Assembly: GCA_013043005.1 (NCBI GenBank)
Contig: JABDOZ010000063.1
Span: 1 to 61,610, forward strand
Origin: Flavobacteriaceae bacterium
GTDB taxonomy: Bacteria > Bacteroidota > Bacteroidia > Flavobacteriales > Flavobacteriaceae
Direction of reading: 5' to 3'
DNA: 61,610 nt
The notes under the pieces were generated by a model. The model saw only the letters and a program-made list of their open reading frames with translations. It was not told where the DNA came from and ran no database searches. The translations under genes were made by a program, and so were the position numbers. Below, in pieces: positions 1 through 9,813 of the stretch. Position 1 is the first letter of the stretch; each line of letters starts with the position of its first letter.

Positions 1-8
1 TTGCAAAG

Positions 9-449
9 TCAACTATCAATGTTCCAAAAATACTGTAAGTATTTTTCTCTTTCCCAGCCCATACTTTCATATAAATATTGTGCCGGATTACTTTTTTCGG
101 TTTGTAGAGCTAATCCTTTATAGTTCTTTTCTTTGCACAACTCCTTTGCTTTATTTAACAGTGCTCCACCAATCCCTTGATTTCGGTATTGGGTATCCAC
201 GAATAGATCATTTAAAATATACAAGGGCTCCATGCTAACAGATGAAAAACTTGGGAACAAGTGGGTAAAACCAACCGCTTTTTTATCGATATAAGCTATA
301 TAAATAATTGTATCATTTTTGGTAAGACGTTTATACAAAAACTCTTTGGCTGCTTTTGGGTTTGATTTCTGCCTGTAAAAAATACGATATCCATCAAATA
401 ATGGAATCAGGTCATTAAGATGATCGATCGTAGCTGGAATTATGGTCAT
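9..449 (-). CDS. GNAT family N-acetyltransferase
   Basis: 146-aa ORF with a GNAT acetyl-CoA binding region (QYRNQGIGGALLNKA, Q/R-x-x-G-x-G/A pattern). Confidence 0.8.
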   Translation of the reverse strand: MTIIPATIDHLNDLIPLFDGYRIFYRQKSNPKAAKEFLYKRLTKNDTIIYIAYIDKKAVGFTHLFPSFSSVSMEPLYILNDLFVDTQYRNQGIGGALLNKAKELCKEKNYKGLALQTEKSNPAQYLYESMGWEREKYLQYFWNIDS

Positions 450-450
450 A

Positions 451-486
451 AAAAAAAATCTGTAATCGAAATTACAGATTTTTTAG
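451..486 (-). terminator. Rho-independent terminator downstream of 499..1104
   Basis: Perfect 11-bp stem AAATCTGTAAT/ATTACAGATTT (456-466/471-481) with a 4-nt loop. On the minus strand a T-run follows (A-run 450-458 on plus). The T-run directly abuts the ATG of the downstream GNAT gene. Confidence 0.7.
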
Positions 487-498
487 TTATGTCTTATA

Positions 499-1104
499 TT
501 ATTTGGTTTTTGCCTTCTGTTTATTCAACTCATCCTGAAGCCGTCGCATCACTTTTTGTTCTCTTTCCAAAGCGCGTTTTCTGTGTTCTTCAAATTCTTC
601 TTCAGTCTCTGAAAGAGACAATTTAGCTTGCCTGGTAATGGCATTACTATTTTTAAACTTATAGATAAAAAATAGCAAAAATGCCAATAAACCTGCAATT
701 ATAGACCACATTAATAAATTGTATCCCGTTTTACTCATTAAAATGCCAAACAATGACATGCTGTTCTTTTCCAGATTGGTTTGATCTAAGGTTGCATTCG
801 TATCAGCTAAATTTGTTTTTAATACTTCAATTTCTTTATCCTGGTTTTCAACCAATTGTTTTGTGCTGTTAAGTTGGGCTTTGACAGCGTTTAACGAATC
901 AATAGTATGTGCTTTTAATGCATATAACCATGTTGTTTTTACCACCTTATACTCTTGGTAGCGATTAGATTTGGTTATTACAAACTCAAATTGATTGTCT
1001 ATAGTACCACTATTAAGCGATAATTTTTCTTGCGGTGGGTTTTGAGCTGTTAAAATGGAGAGATTTAAAAGAAAAAGTAGGAAAGTTAGCTTTTTAATAA
1101 TCAT
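499..1104 (-). CDS. hypothetical secreted/membrane-anchored coiled-coil protein
   Basis: N-terminal signal-like segment (LTFLLFLLNLSILTAQ), a central heptad-like region, one C-proximal TM helix (LLMWSIIAGLLAFLLFFIY) and a charged tail. No family recognised. Confidence 0.5.
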   Translation of the reverse strand: MIIKKLTFLLFLLNLSILTAQNPPQEKLSLNSGTIDNQFEFVITKSNRYQEYKVVKTTWLYALKAHTIDSLNAVKAQLNSTKQLVENQDKEIEVLKTNLADTNATLDQTNLEKNSMSLFGILMSKTGYNLLMWSIIAGLLAFLLFFIYKFKNSNAITRQAKLSLSETEEEFEEHRKRALEREQKVMRRLQDELNKQKAKTK

Positions 1105-1188
1105 TTACTAATAGTTTAAATAGGTTAGTTAATTAACACTGCGAATTTAGCAATAAAGTATGATAATTTTATCATAAACCAATATTTT

Positions 1189-1211
1189 TAGCCTCACACT
1201 GTGTGAGGCTA
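1189..1211 (-). terminator. GC-containing hairpin downstream of htrA (possible terminator without a clear U-tract)
   Basis: Inverted repeat AGCCTCACAC/GTGTGAGGCT lies 67 nt past the htrA stop. No T-run follows in either orientation, so the assignment is tentative. Confidence 0.35.
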
Positions 1212-1277
1212 ATTTATATACGTAATTAAATATTATTTTGGATTTGGTAAATACCAGATTCTATTGAAATTAAGTAA

Positions 1278-2696
1278 TTACTTGAAAATAAATCTTTCCC
1301 GCTGACCATCATCATTAATTACTCCCATTTTATCAATGCTTCTCTCTAAGGCATTGTTGCCAATATTCTCTTTTAATTTTTGAATATCCTCTATATTATT
1401 AATTGGGATATCATTGATATCTGTTATTATGTAGCCATTTTTAAGACCTAGTTTTTTGTACAATTCATAGTTATTAGACTTAAACACATAGGCTCCGCCG
1501 TCAATATCATATTTCCTTTTTGCTTCTCTACTCAGATTTCTTAATTCCAGCCCTATAAATTCTACTTTTTCCAATCCTTTTTTAGTTAATTTAACCGGTA
1601 CCACTTTTTGATTTCCTCTCCTAAGTATAGTCACTTTTACAACATCATTAGGTCTTTTAGAGCTTAAGTATCCACTTAGATCTGAGAATTTAGAAATTTC
1701 TATATCATCTAACTTCTTAATGATATCACCACTTTTAAGACCAGCTTTTTCAGCACCTGATTTTTCTTCCACATCATCAATGTAAAACCCTTCTGTTTCA
1801 TCAAGTCCTAATTTTTCTGCATATGCACTATTTAGTGATCCTCCTGTAACACCTAGAATTCCGTTTTGAACATTTCCAAATTCCATGATGTCTTCAATTA
1901 CCTTTCTTGCGATATTGCTTGGTACTGCAAAAGAGTATCCAATGTAAGAACCTGTTTGAGAAGTTATAGCGGTATTTATACCAATTAGATCACCATTTAT
2001 ATTAACCAGGGCGCCACCTGAATTTCCAGGATTCACAGCCGCATCTGTTTGAATGAATGATTGGGAATTTTGTCCTGAGAGATCTCTGGATTTAGCACTA
2101 ATAATACCTGCCGTAACAGTTGATGTTAAATTAAATGGATTACCTACTGCTAAAACCCATTCTCCTATTTTGGCCTGATCGCTATCTCCAAATCTTGTAT
2201 ATGGTAGATTCTCCTCTGCTTCAATTTTTAATAATGCAATATCTGTACGAGAGTCTTTACCAACTAGTTCCGCCTGGTAAATTTTATTGTCATTCATTGT
2301 AATTGTTATTGATTGCGCACCATCAATAACATGATTATTGGTCACAATGTAGCCATCAGGAGAAATAATTACGCCACTTCCGGTTCCTATCTGAGCTCTT
2401 TCTGTACTGCGTCCAAAGAACAGATCCTGAATGGTCACCGGAGCTCTGGATATTGTTGTGTTTTTAACGTGAACTACCGCATCGACCGTTTTTTCAGCTG
2501 CTTCAACAAAATCGGCATTAGCAGAAATTAAAGAATTTGTATTGACTGTGCTTAAATTTGTTGGAAAATATGTGGGTTGACTTTGAGTAGATTCAATTAC
2601 AACCTTTTGTTCTTTTTCTAAAAATAGTTTGTAGGCTCCAAGAGTAATAGCTCCTCCGATAACTGAAACCAAGACTAATACAAATAACTTTTTCAT
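1278..2696 (-). CDS. htrA: Do/HtrA-family periplasmic serine endopeptidase with two PDZ domains
   Basis: N-terminal TM/signal segment. Trypsin-like triad contexts are present (TNNHVI, DIALLK, GNSGGAL), followed by two PDZ-like regions. Confidence 0.9.
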   Translation of the reverse strand: MKKLFVLVLVSVIGGAITLGAYKLFLEKEQKVVIESTQSQPTYFPTNLSTVNTNSLISANADFVEAAEKTVDAVVHVKNTTISRAPVTIQDLFFGRSTERAQIGTGSGVIISPDGYIVTNNHVIDGAQSITITMNDNKIYQAELVGKDSRTDIALLKIEAEENLPYTRFGDSDQAKIGEWVLAVGNPFNLTSTVTAGIISAKSRDLSGQNSQSFIQTDAAVNPGNSGGALVNINGDLIGINTAITSQTGSYIGYSFAVPSNIARKVIEDIMEFGNVQNGILGVTGGSLNSAYAEKLGLDETEGFYIDDVEEKSGAEKAGLKSGDIIKKLDDIEISKFSDLSGYLSSKRPNDVVKVTILRRGNQKVVPVKLTKKGLEKVEFIGLELRNLSREAKRKYDIDGGAYVFKSNNYELYKKLGLKNGYIITDINDIPINNIEDIQKLKENIGNNALERSIDKMGVINDDGQRERFIFK

Positions 2697-2828
2697 TTTA
2701 TTTCAGTTTTACTTTTAAGGTTAACGTTTAAATTTAAAAATTTATTGAGTTTTAAATTTAACTTTAACTACTTTTAACAACGTGCTTAACTGCAATTTAA
2801 CATCTCCAGTATTGCTATGTTTTATTAC

Positions 2829-2836
2829 TATATTTG
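2829..2836 (+). promoter_or_regulatory. candidate Bacteroidota -7 promoter box (TAnnTTTG) for dapF
   Basis: TATATTTG lies 18 nt upstream of the ATG at 2855. Confidence 0.4.
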
Positions 2837-2854
2837 CTGTTATAATTTTTGTTT

Positions 2855-3634
2855 ATGACGTACACCTTTTATAAATATCAGGGCACTGGCAATGACTTTA
2901 TTATTATTGATAACAGACATAATTTGATAAGCAAAAACGATACCAATTTGGTCAAATTATTTTGCGACAGACGATTTGGCATAGGTGCTGACGGATTAAT
3001 ACTACTGGAGAATCATGAATCGCTTGATTATAAAATGGTATATTTTAATTCAGATGGTAGTGAAAGCACTATGTGTGGAAATGGCGGACGTTGTTTAGCT
3101 GCCTTTGCAAAGTATCTGGGAATAATTGATCATGAGGCAAAGTTTCAGGCTATTGATGGTATCCATCATGCTTCAATAAAGGACAATTTGGTTATACTGG
3201 AAATGCAGGATGTTTATGGAATTCAAAAATTTGATAATCATGTTTATTTGGATACAGGTTCGCCGCATCATGTTCAATTAGAGGATAATCTTGAAGACTT
3301 GGACATAATTACAAAAGGGTCTAAAATTAGATATGGTGAACCCTATACTGAGGTTGGCGTAAACGTAAACTTTGTGAATAAGATAAATGACAGCACTTTT
3401 GCTGTACGAACTTATGAACGCGGTGTAGAAGCAGAAACCTTGTCTTGTGGAACAGGAGTGACTGCTGTAGCCTTAGCTATGAATTACATAGGAGAAACAG
3501 AAAAGAATCTCATAACTCTTAATACTAGAGGTGGAGATTTGCAAGTGTCCTTTGAAAGAGATGAAAAAGGTTACAAAAAGGTTTGTTTAATTGGACCGGC
3601 AAAAATGGTTTTTAAAGGCACAATAGAATGGTAA
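2855..3634 (+). CDS. dapF: diaminopimelate epimerase
   Basis: N-terminus YQGTGNDFIIID. Both catalytic Cys contexts are present (MCGNGGRC and SCGTG). Start moved from the track TTG at 2849 to the ATG at 2855. Confidence 0.9.
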   Translation: MTYTFYKYQGTGNDFIIIDNRHNLISKNDTNLVKLFCDRRFGIGADGLILLENHESLDYKMVYFNSDGSESTMCGNGGRCLAAFAKYLGIIDHEAKFQAIDGIHHASIKDNLVILEMQDVYGIQKFDNHVYLDTGSPHHVQLEDNLEDLDIITKGSKIRYGEPYTEVGVNVNFVNKINDSTFAVRTYERGVEAETLSCGTGVTAVALAMNYIGETEKNLITLNTRGGDLQVSFERDEKGYKKVCLIGPAKMVFKGTIEW

Positions 3635-4152
3635 CATTAAAAGGAAAAAAAATTTACTTACGTGCTTTAGAACCAGATGACCTTGAATTTGTTCATGAAA
3701 TAGAAAATAATGAATCTTTCTGGGAAATTAGTAATACCGAAACACCTTATTCCAGATATTTAATAAAACAGTATATAGAAGAATCTCATAAAGATATTTA
3801 TCAGGTAAAACAGTTAAGGCTCGTTATTTCGAATTATAACGATGAACCAATTGGACTCATAGATATTTTCGACTTTGATTTTAAAAATAAACGAGCTGGA
3901 ATAGGAATTTTAATTGAAAATTCTGAAGATAGAAATAGAGGATATGGTGGAGAGGCACTGCAATTATTAATGGATTATTGTTTTTCACATTTGAACTTAC
4001 ATCAATTGTATTGCAATATTACCGAAGGAAATGACGCAAGTATGAACTTGTTCTCAAAGTTAGGATTTAAAGAGGTAGGACTAAAAAAGGACTGGAATCT
4101 GGTTGATGGAAATTATAAAAACGAATATTTATATCAAAAAATAAATCCCTAG
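3628..4152 (+). CDS. GNAT family N-acetyltransferase (RimJ/RimL-like)
   Basis: GNAT core NRGYGGEALQLLMDY. Overlaps the dapF stop by 7 nt (ATGGTAA). Confidence 0.75.
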   Translation: MVTLKGKKIYLRALEPDDLEFVHEIENNESFWEISNTETPYSRYLIKQYIEESHKDIYQVKQLRLVISNYNDEPIGLIDIFDFDFKNKRAGIGILIENSEDRNRGYGGEALQLLMDYCFSHLNLHQLYCNITEGNDASMNLFSKLGFKEVGLKKDWNLVDGNYKNEYLYQKINP

Positions 4153-5196
4153 ATGTATATAAAAAAAATTCTATTAGCTATTGTATTATTAGGTCTGGTA
4201 GTTGCGGGTTTATTGGCAAATTATGTATATGCCGCAATGTTTAAAACCAATACAAATTTCGAGAATGAAAAAGCCTTCATTTTTGTTCCAACCAATGCTA
4301 AATATGATGAAGTGAGGGAACAACTTATACCCTTATTAAAGGATATTGATAAGTTTGACGCCCTGGCAGCAAGGAAGAAGTATAATACTAATGTTAGAGC
4401 AGGAAGGTATGTTATTAGTAAAGGAATGAATAATAATGATATTATTAATTCCATTAGAAGTAACAACAGACCAATCAAATTGTCTTTCAATAATCAGGAA
4501 AGACTTGAGCTTCTTGCAGGCAGGATTGCTTCGCAGATTGAAGCAGACAGTCTTTCGCTACTAAATGCTTTTTCAGATGATCAGTTTTTAAGTAAAAACG
4601 GATTTTCAAGTGAAACCAGTTTAGGAATGTATATTCCCAATAGCTATGAATTTTTTTGGAATACTTCTGCAGAAAAGTTCCGGGATAGAATGCTCAAGGA
4701 ATATCATAACTTCTGGAACGAATTAAGGCTAAAAAAAGCAAGTTCCTTAGGATTAAAGCCGGAAAAGATAATTGCTTTAGCGTCAATTGTACAAAAAGAA
4801 ACGGCAAAGGTAGATGAACGACCAAGGGTAGCCGGAGTTTATTTAAACCGATTAAAAAGAGGAATGCCATTACAAGCAGATCCAACGGTAATATATGCTA
4901 TCAAAAAGAAGATTAATGATTTCGATACCGTCATAAAAAGAGTATTATACAAGGATTTGGAAATTGATTCTCCTTACAATACATATAAATATGCCGGAAT
5001 TCCACCAGGTCCTATTGCAATGCCGGATATTTCTTCGATTGATGCTGTTCTGAATCCTGAAGAACATGATTATTATTATTTTGTAGCTAATGTTGATGAT
5101 TTTGGCTATCATAAATTTGCAAAGACTCTATCTCAGCACAACAGGAATAAGCAGGAATATGTGAGATGGATCAACAAGCAACGAATTAACAGGTAA
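4153..5196 (+). CDS. mltG: endolytic murein transglycosylase MltG (YceG-like)
   Basis: N-terminal TM anchor plus conserved YceG motifs (LQADPTVIY, SPYNTYKYAGIPPGPIAMP). Confidence 0.85.
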   Translation: MYIKKILLAIVLLGLVVAGLLANYVYAAMFKTNTNFENEKAFIFVPTNAKYDEVREQLIPLLKDIDKFDALAARKKYNTNVRAGRYVISKGMNNNDIINSIRSNNRPIKLSFNNQERLELLAGRIASQIEADSLSLLNAFSDDQFLSKNGFSSETSLGMYIPNSYEFFWNTSAEKFRDRMLKEYHNFWNELRLKKASSLGLKPEKIIALASIVQKETAKVDERPRVAGVYLNRLKRGMPLQADPTVIYAIKKKINDFDTVIKRVLYKDLEIDSPYNTYKYAGIPPGPIAMPDISSIDAVLNPEEHDYYYFVANVDDFGYHKFAKTLSQHNRNKQEYVRWINKQRINR

Positions 5197-6119
5197 TGAT
5201 TCGCTGTAGTATTGATAAAAGCATTCTAATTATTCTATCTTATTTAATAAGCCATTTTGCTCTTTGTCAATCAAAATCAGAATTATTTTTAACTCCTAGC
5301 GATACTTTAAACAAACAAAGAAGGAATGCGGTTGTAATTAGTGAAGCTGCATTAGGAACGGGAGCACTTATAGGTTTGAATCAACTTTGGTACAGCGATT
5401 ATGAGCAGTCCAAATTTCACACTATCAATGATAACAGTGAATGGTTCCAGTTAGATAAGCTGGGTCATGTTGCAAGTTCTTACCATATAGGCAGACTGGG
5501 AGCAGATGTATTAAATTGGAGTGGTGTAAGCAAAAAGGATCAACTCATTTATGGCGCCACATTAGGCTTATCGTTTTTAACAATTGTTGAGGTTTTCGAT
5601 GGCTATTCAGAAGAATGGGGATTTTCATGGGGTGATTTTGCATCTAATGCAGCTGGATCCGGAATATTTATTGGTCAGGAATTGCTTTGGGATGAGCAAC
5701 GCATTTCTTTAAAATATTCCTTTCATCAAACAAAATATTCAGAGTTAAGACCAGAACGATTAGGAGAAAACCTTCTTGAACAATCCTTGAAAGATTATAA
5801 CGGACAAACTTATTGGCTGAGTGCAAATGTCAACTCTTTTATTAAGAAAAGTAAACTACCCAAATGGCTAAACCTAGCTTTTGGTTATGGAGCAGATGGA
5901 ATGCTGACAGGTGATGAACCAATAACTGGTTCACAATTCTTTGAACAAAAACGAATGAGACAGTTTTATTTGAGTTTAGATATGGATTTGGAGAGAATTG
6001 AATCTAAATCAAAACTGTTGAAAACTATATTCAAAATTATCAATTTCATAAAGATTCCAGCTCCTGCCATTGAAATTAATAGTGATGGAAAGATAAAATT
6101 TCATTATTTATATTTTTAA
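5196..6119 (+). CDS. DUF2279-like lipoprotein/outer-membrane-associated protein
   Basis: Signal peptide and a LDKLGHVASSYHIG motif resembling DUF2279. The start overlaps the mltG stop (TAATG). Confidence 0.5.
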   Translation: MIRCSIDKSILIILSYLISHFALCQSKSELFLTPSDTLNKQRRNAVVISEAALGTGALIGLNQLWYSDYEQSKFHTINDNSEWFQLDKLGHVASSYHIGRLGADVLNWSGVSKKDQLIYGATLGLSFLTIVEVFDGYSEEWGFSWGDFASNAAGSGIFIGQELLWDEQRISLKYSFHQTKYSELRPERLGENLLEQSLKDYNGQTYWLSANVNSFIKKSKLPKWLNLAFGYGADGMLTGDEPITGSQFFEQKRMRQFYLSLDMDLERIESKSKLLKTIFKIINFIKIPAPAIEINSDGKIKFHYLYF

Positions 6120-6162
6120 TTCTGTTCTTTTTAACATGTAAGAAATGCACTATTTAAAGAAT

Positions 6163-6170
6163 TAAATTTG
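6163..6170 (+). promoter_or_regulatory. candidate -7 promoter box (TAnnTTTG)
   Basis: TAAATTTG lies 56 nt upstream of the ATG at 6227. Confidence 0.35.
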
Positions 6171-6226
6171 TACCAAATTTTAAGATAAGAATTATAACAG
6201 CTATTTAGTCTTACAAATCAAAAATA

Positions 6227-6874
6227 ATGATAAAGAACATTATATCTTGTTTTGGTATCCCGTTATCAATTTTTGCACTCCTTAATTTGTTTTTATCTAC
6301 AGATACAACTCTTGATATTAATGACTATTCTACACACGGACTGGATCTTTGCTACAATGTTGATCAGGTCGAAAATATTGAACTGCAGATTCACAAGCAA
6401 TATTTACCTTATCTGGGTAAATCATATTTAGGATTTAAGGAAGCCCTTGGTTTCAAAGAATCGAGAGGGAATTATTTTTCTGTAAATGATTTTGGATATT
6501 TGGGGAAGTATCAATTTGGAAAGGAAACTTTAAAACTAATCGGAATTTACACACCTAATCAGTTCCTTTATAATCCGGAATTACAGGAAAAAGCCTTTTT
6601 AGCCAATGCCCAAAGAAATAAATGGGTGCTTAGGAAAGATATCAATCGTTTTGTTGGTAAAAATATAAATGAATTTGAGGTTACCGAGTCCGGTATATTA
6701 GCAGCTGCACATTTGGCCGGACCAGGAAGCGTAAAGAAGTTTTTAAGAAGTTATGGAAGAAATAGTTTTTCTGATGCCTATGGCACTTCCATTTCTCATT
6801 ATATGAAACGGTTTTCTGGTTATGATACATCAGAAATAATTCCGAATAAAAAAGCCAAAGTTTCCAAAATTTAA
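6227..6874 (+). CDS. membrane-anchored lysozyme-like (SLT-like) protein
   Basis: N-terminal TM helix. It has an SLT-like motif succession: KESRGNY (Glu-Ser), GYLGKYQFG and LAAAHLAGPG. Confidence 0.4.
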   Translation: MIKNIISCFGIPLSIFALLNLFLSTDTTLDINDYSTHGLDLCYNVDQVENIELQIHKQYLPYLGKSYLGFKEALGFKESRGNYFSVNDFGYLGKYQFGKETLKLIGIYTPNQFLYNPELQEKAFLANAQRNKWVLRKDINRFVGKNINEFEVTESGILAAAHLAGPGSVKKFLRSYGRNSFSDAYGTSISHYMKRFSGYDTSEIIPNKKAKVSKI

Positions 6875-7581
6875 TCTTTGTGAATTATAAAAATAGTTGG
6901 TCTTTTATGAAGATCTATTTTTACTTTTTTCCATTCAGCCGCAGTTTTTGTTTTAATATATTCAGTTGGTAACGTAATATCACTCGCAACACAGACATTA
7001 GTCTCCGGGTGCAGAGCTTTGCACATTTCCTCTAATAGTTTATTATTTCTGTATGGGGTTTCTATAAATATTTGAGAAGTATTTGTTTTGAATGACTCTT
7101 TTTCAAGCGCTTTTATAGCTTTTTTTCGTTCAAAATTATCGATTGGTAAATAGCCGTTAAAAGTGAATTTTTGTCCATTCATTCCGGAAGCCATCATAGC
7201 AAGTAAAATAGAAGAAGGTCCCACTAATGGAACAACTCGAATCCCTTTTTTGTGAGCTATCCTTACTATTTCTGCTCCGGGATCAGCAATACCAGGGCAG
7301 CCAGCTTCAGATAATAGTCCAATTGGATTTCCTTCATCACAAGCATCTAAAAAGTCTTCCAGTTCTAATGGTTGTGTGAATTTATTTAAAACATTAATTT
7401 TTAAGGAAGGTTGCGATTTCTTGGGACTTATTTTTTTAATGAAATTTCTGGCTGTCTTTTCATTTTCGACTATATAATCATTCACCAACTCAATTATTTT
7501 TTTAATTGACATAGGCAGTACCTCAAGAGGTGCGTTATCTCCAAGTCTTGTGGGTATTAGATAAAGTTTACCTTTTTCCAT
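6871..7581 (-). CDS. RsmI-like tetrapyrrole-methylase-fold SAM-dependent methyltransferase
   Basis: LYLIPTRLGD near the N-terminus. SEAGCPGIADPGAEIVR and VPLVGPSSILLAMMASG parallel RsmI motifs. It is shorter than canonical RsmI. Confidence 0.7.
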   Translation of the reverse strand: MEKGKLYLIPTRLGDNAPLEVLPMSIKKIIELVNDYIVENEKTARNFIKKISPKKSQPSLKINVLNKFTQPLELEDFLDACDEGNPIGLLSEAGCPGIADPGAEIVRIAHKKGIRVVPLVGPSSILLAMMASGMNGQKFTFNGYLPIDNFERKKAIKALEKESFKTNTSQIFIETPYRNNKLLEEMCKALHPETNVCVASDITLPTEYIKTKTAAEWKKVKIDLHKRPTIFIIHKD

Positions 7582-7719
7582 ATTCTGAATCTTCTTTTAC
7601 AAGAATCTATAGGGCTGCTTTTTAACTGACTTCTAATTTATAAAACCATTTTGGATATCTTGACCTGAAACAAAGAATATCGACGAAATGAATAATTAGT
7701 TTGTGGCTACAAAATTAAG

Positions 7720-8181
7720 CTAAGCCTCACTTAATAATGTATCAGCAATTCTATTACAGGCTTCGTCTAACATTTCAAATACATTTTTAAAACCATAGCT
7801 TCCACCATAATAAGGGTCAGGCACATCCATATTTTCATTAGCATACAGTTCGTTTAAAATGAGTTTTACCTTTAGCGCATCTTTTTTATTTCTGGCTAAG
7901 TGAATAATATTTAGATAATTGGAATTATCCATAACATAAATTATATCAAATCTGTCAAAATCAGAAACTTCAAACTGTCTTCCTCTTTGGTGTGAAATGT
8001 CTATTTGATTTTTTTTCGCAATATCTACAGAACGAGGATCAGGTGGATCACCAATATGATAGTCGGCAGTTCCTGCAGAATCTATAGAAAACTTATTTGA
8101 AGGTAATTTTGATTTTAATATGCCTTCAGCCAGTGGTGAGCGACAGATATTTCCGAGGCAAACCATTAGTATTTTAGTCAT
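7720..8181 (-). CDS. low-molecular-weight protein-tyrosine phosphatase
   Basis: CX5R(S) P-loop at the N-terminus (VCLGNICRSP) and a DP general-acid motif near the C-terminus (VPDPYYG). Confidence 0.9.
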   Translation of the reverse strand: MTKILMVCLGNICRSPLAEGILKSKLPSNKFSIDSAGTADYHIGDPPDPRSVDIAKKNQIDISHQRGRQFEVSDFDRFDIIYVMDNSNYLNIIHLARNKKDALKVKLILNELYANENMDVPDPYYGGSYGFKNVFEMLDEACNRIADTLLSEA

Positions 8182-8193
8182 GATCTAATATAG

Positions 8194-9621
8194 TTAAACA
8201 GAAAGTTTTTTAGTAAGATCCTCAACATACTTTCTGAATTGCTTATCTGTCGACGATAAGTTGTCAACAGTCTTACAAGCATGTAATACAGTGGCATGAT
8301 CTCTTTTTCCTATTTGAGATCCAATACTGGCCAAAGAAGCTTTGGTGAATTTTTTAGCAAAGAACATTGCAAGCTGTCTGGCCTGAACAATATGTCGTTT
8401 TCTTGTTTTAGATTGTAAGGTATCAACATCCATTTGGAAATAATCTGATACTACTTTTTGAATATAGTCAATGGAAACTTCACGTTTTGTATTCTTGACG
8501 AATTTTTCAACAACTTGCTTTGCAAGGTCGAGAGTAATTTCCTTTTTATTAAATGACGACTGAGCTATCAAAGAAATAATTGCACCTTCTAACTCCCTAA
8601 CATTAGATTTTATGTTTTTAGCAACATAGTCAATTATATCATCTGGCATCTCAACACCATCACGATATAATTTATTCTTCAATATAGAAACACGAGTTTC
8701 AAAATTTGGACTCTGCAATTCAGCCGATAGACCCCATTTGAATCTAGATAATAATCGTTGTTCAATATCCTGCATATCTACAGGAGCTTTATCACTTGTT
8801 AAAATAACCTGCTTCCCATTTTGATGTAAATGATTGAAGATATGGAAGAATACATCCTGAGTTCCCGTTTTACCAGATAAAAACTGAACGTCGTCAATAA
8901 TCAACACATCAATTAATTGATAGAAGTGGATGAAATCGTTTCGATTGTTTTTCTTAACCGAATCAATATATTGCTGTGTAAATTTTTCTGCTGAAATATA
9001 GAGGACCGTTTTTTCAGGATACTTGTCTTTAATATCCACTCCAATAGCATGAGCTAAATGCGTTTTACCCAATCCTACACCTCCAAATATTAATAAAGGA
9101 TTGAAAGATGTACCACCAGGTTTTGCTGCAACAGCAAGACCTGCACTTCTGGCTAATCTATTAGAATCTCCTTCTAAAAAGTTTTCGAAACTATAATTAG
9201 GATTTAATTGTGATTCTATTTTTACATTTCTAATTCCGGGAATCACAAATGGATTCTTTAATTCGGGACTTTTATTTTTTAACGGAATGTCGATATCCTG
9301 AGATTTTACGCCACCTCTATTTGAGCTAGGGATCTTTTCTGTAAAAGGTTGCTTGTTGCCATAGGTATTTTCCATTTTAATAATGTAAACCAGTTTGGCC
9401 TGCTCACCTAACTCTTTTGTAAGAGCTACTTTAAGAATTTTGACATAATGTTCTTCTAACCACTCATAGAAGAACTTACTTGGAACCTGAATGCTTAACG
9501 CACCATTCTCCAGTTTAACTGCCACAATTGGTTCAAACCACGTTTTGTATGCTTGAGGCTGGATATTATCTTTTATAAAAGTCAGACAATTATTCCATAC
9601 CTTTTGAGCAGTTATCGTCAT
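8194..9621 (-). CDS. dnaA: chromosomal replication initiator protein DnaA
   Basis: AAA+ Walker A (GGVGLGKTHL), Walker B (LIIDDVQF) and a C-terminal DnaA-box binding HTH (IGSQIGKRDHATVLHACK). Confidence 0.97.
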   Translation of the reverse strand: MTITAQKVWNNCLTFIKDNIQPQAYKTWFEPIVAVKLENGALSIQVPSKFFYEWLEEHYVKILKVALTKELGEQAKLVYIIKMENTYGNKQPFTEKIPSSNRGGVKSQDIDIPLKNKSPELKNPFVIPGIRNVKIESQLNPNYSFENFLEGDSNRLARSAGLAVAAKPGGTSFNPLLIFGGVGLGKTHLAHAIGVDIKDKYPEKTVLYISAEKFTQQYIDSVKKNNRNDFIHFYQLIDVLIIDDVQFLSGKTGTQDVFFHIFNHLHQNGKQVILTSDKAPVDMQDIEQRLLSRFKWGLSAELQSPNFETRVSILKNKLYRDGVEMPDDIIDYVAKNIKSNVRELEGAIISLIAQSSFNKKEITLDLAKQVVEKFVKNTKREVSIDYIQKVVSDYFQMDVDTLQSKTRKRHIVQARQLAMFFAKKFTKASLASIGSQIGKRDHATVLHACKTVDNLSSTDKQFRKYVEDLTKKLSV

Positions 9622-9813
9622 TATTAATTCTTAAGTTTTAACAGTTAGTTTAATTCGTAAAAAAAGAGAAAAGGGCAATTCTCTTGGTTAAGATTTTACT
9701 CGACAAATATGTGAACAATTTTCTAAAAAAAAAATTCAAATGCTATTGATTATTAAGAAATTTTTTCGCATGTTTAATTTAGGATGAAAATACAAAATTT
9801 ATTTTTAAAGTAG

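Noticed and set aside
420-626. 68-aa plus-strand ORF spanning the GNAT start, the terminator hairpin and the 3' end of the next gene.
   Set aside because: It overlaps two supported minus-strand genes and a terminator, and has no coding signal.
9657-9685. Terminator-like hairpin plus T-run on the minus strand inside the dnaA leader (AAGAGAA-loop-TTCTCTT followed by T7).
   Set aside because: The stem is only 7 bp with 2 G:C pairs in very AT-rich DNA. No minus-strand gene lies directly upstream that would need terminating. It is likely fortuitous.
9622-9813. Possible oriC with DnaA boxes next to dnaA.
   Set aside because: I found only weak matches to TTATCCACA/TGTGGATAA, for example TGTGAACAA near 9710 with 2 mismatches. 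There is no cluster of boxes. The 7582-7719 gap has only TGTGGCTAC, also with 2 mismatches. The origin is probably elsewhere, or needs computational skew and box analysis.
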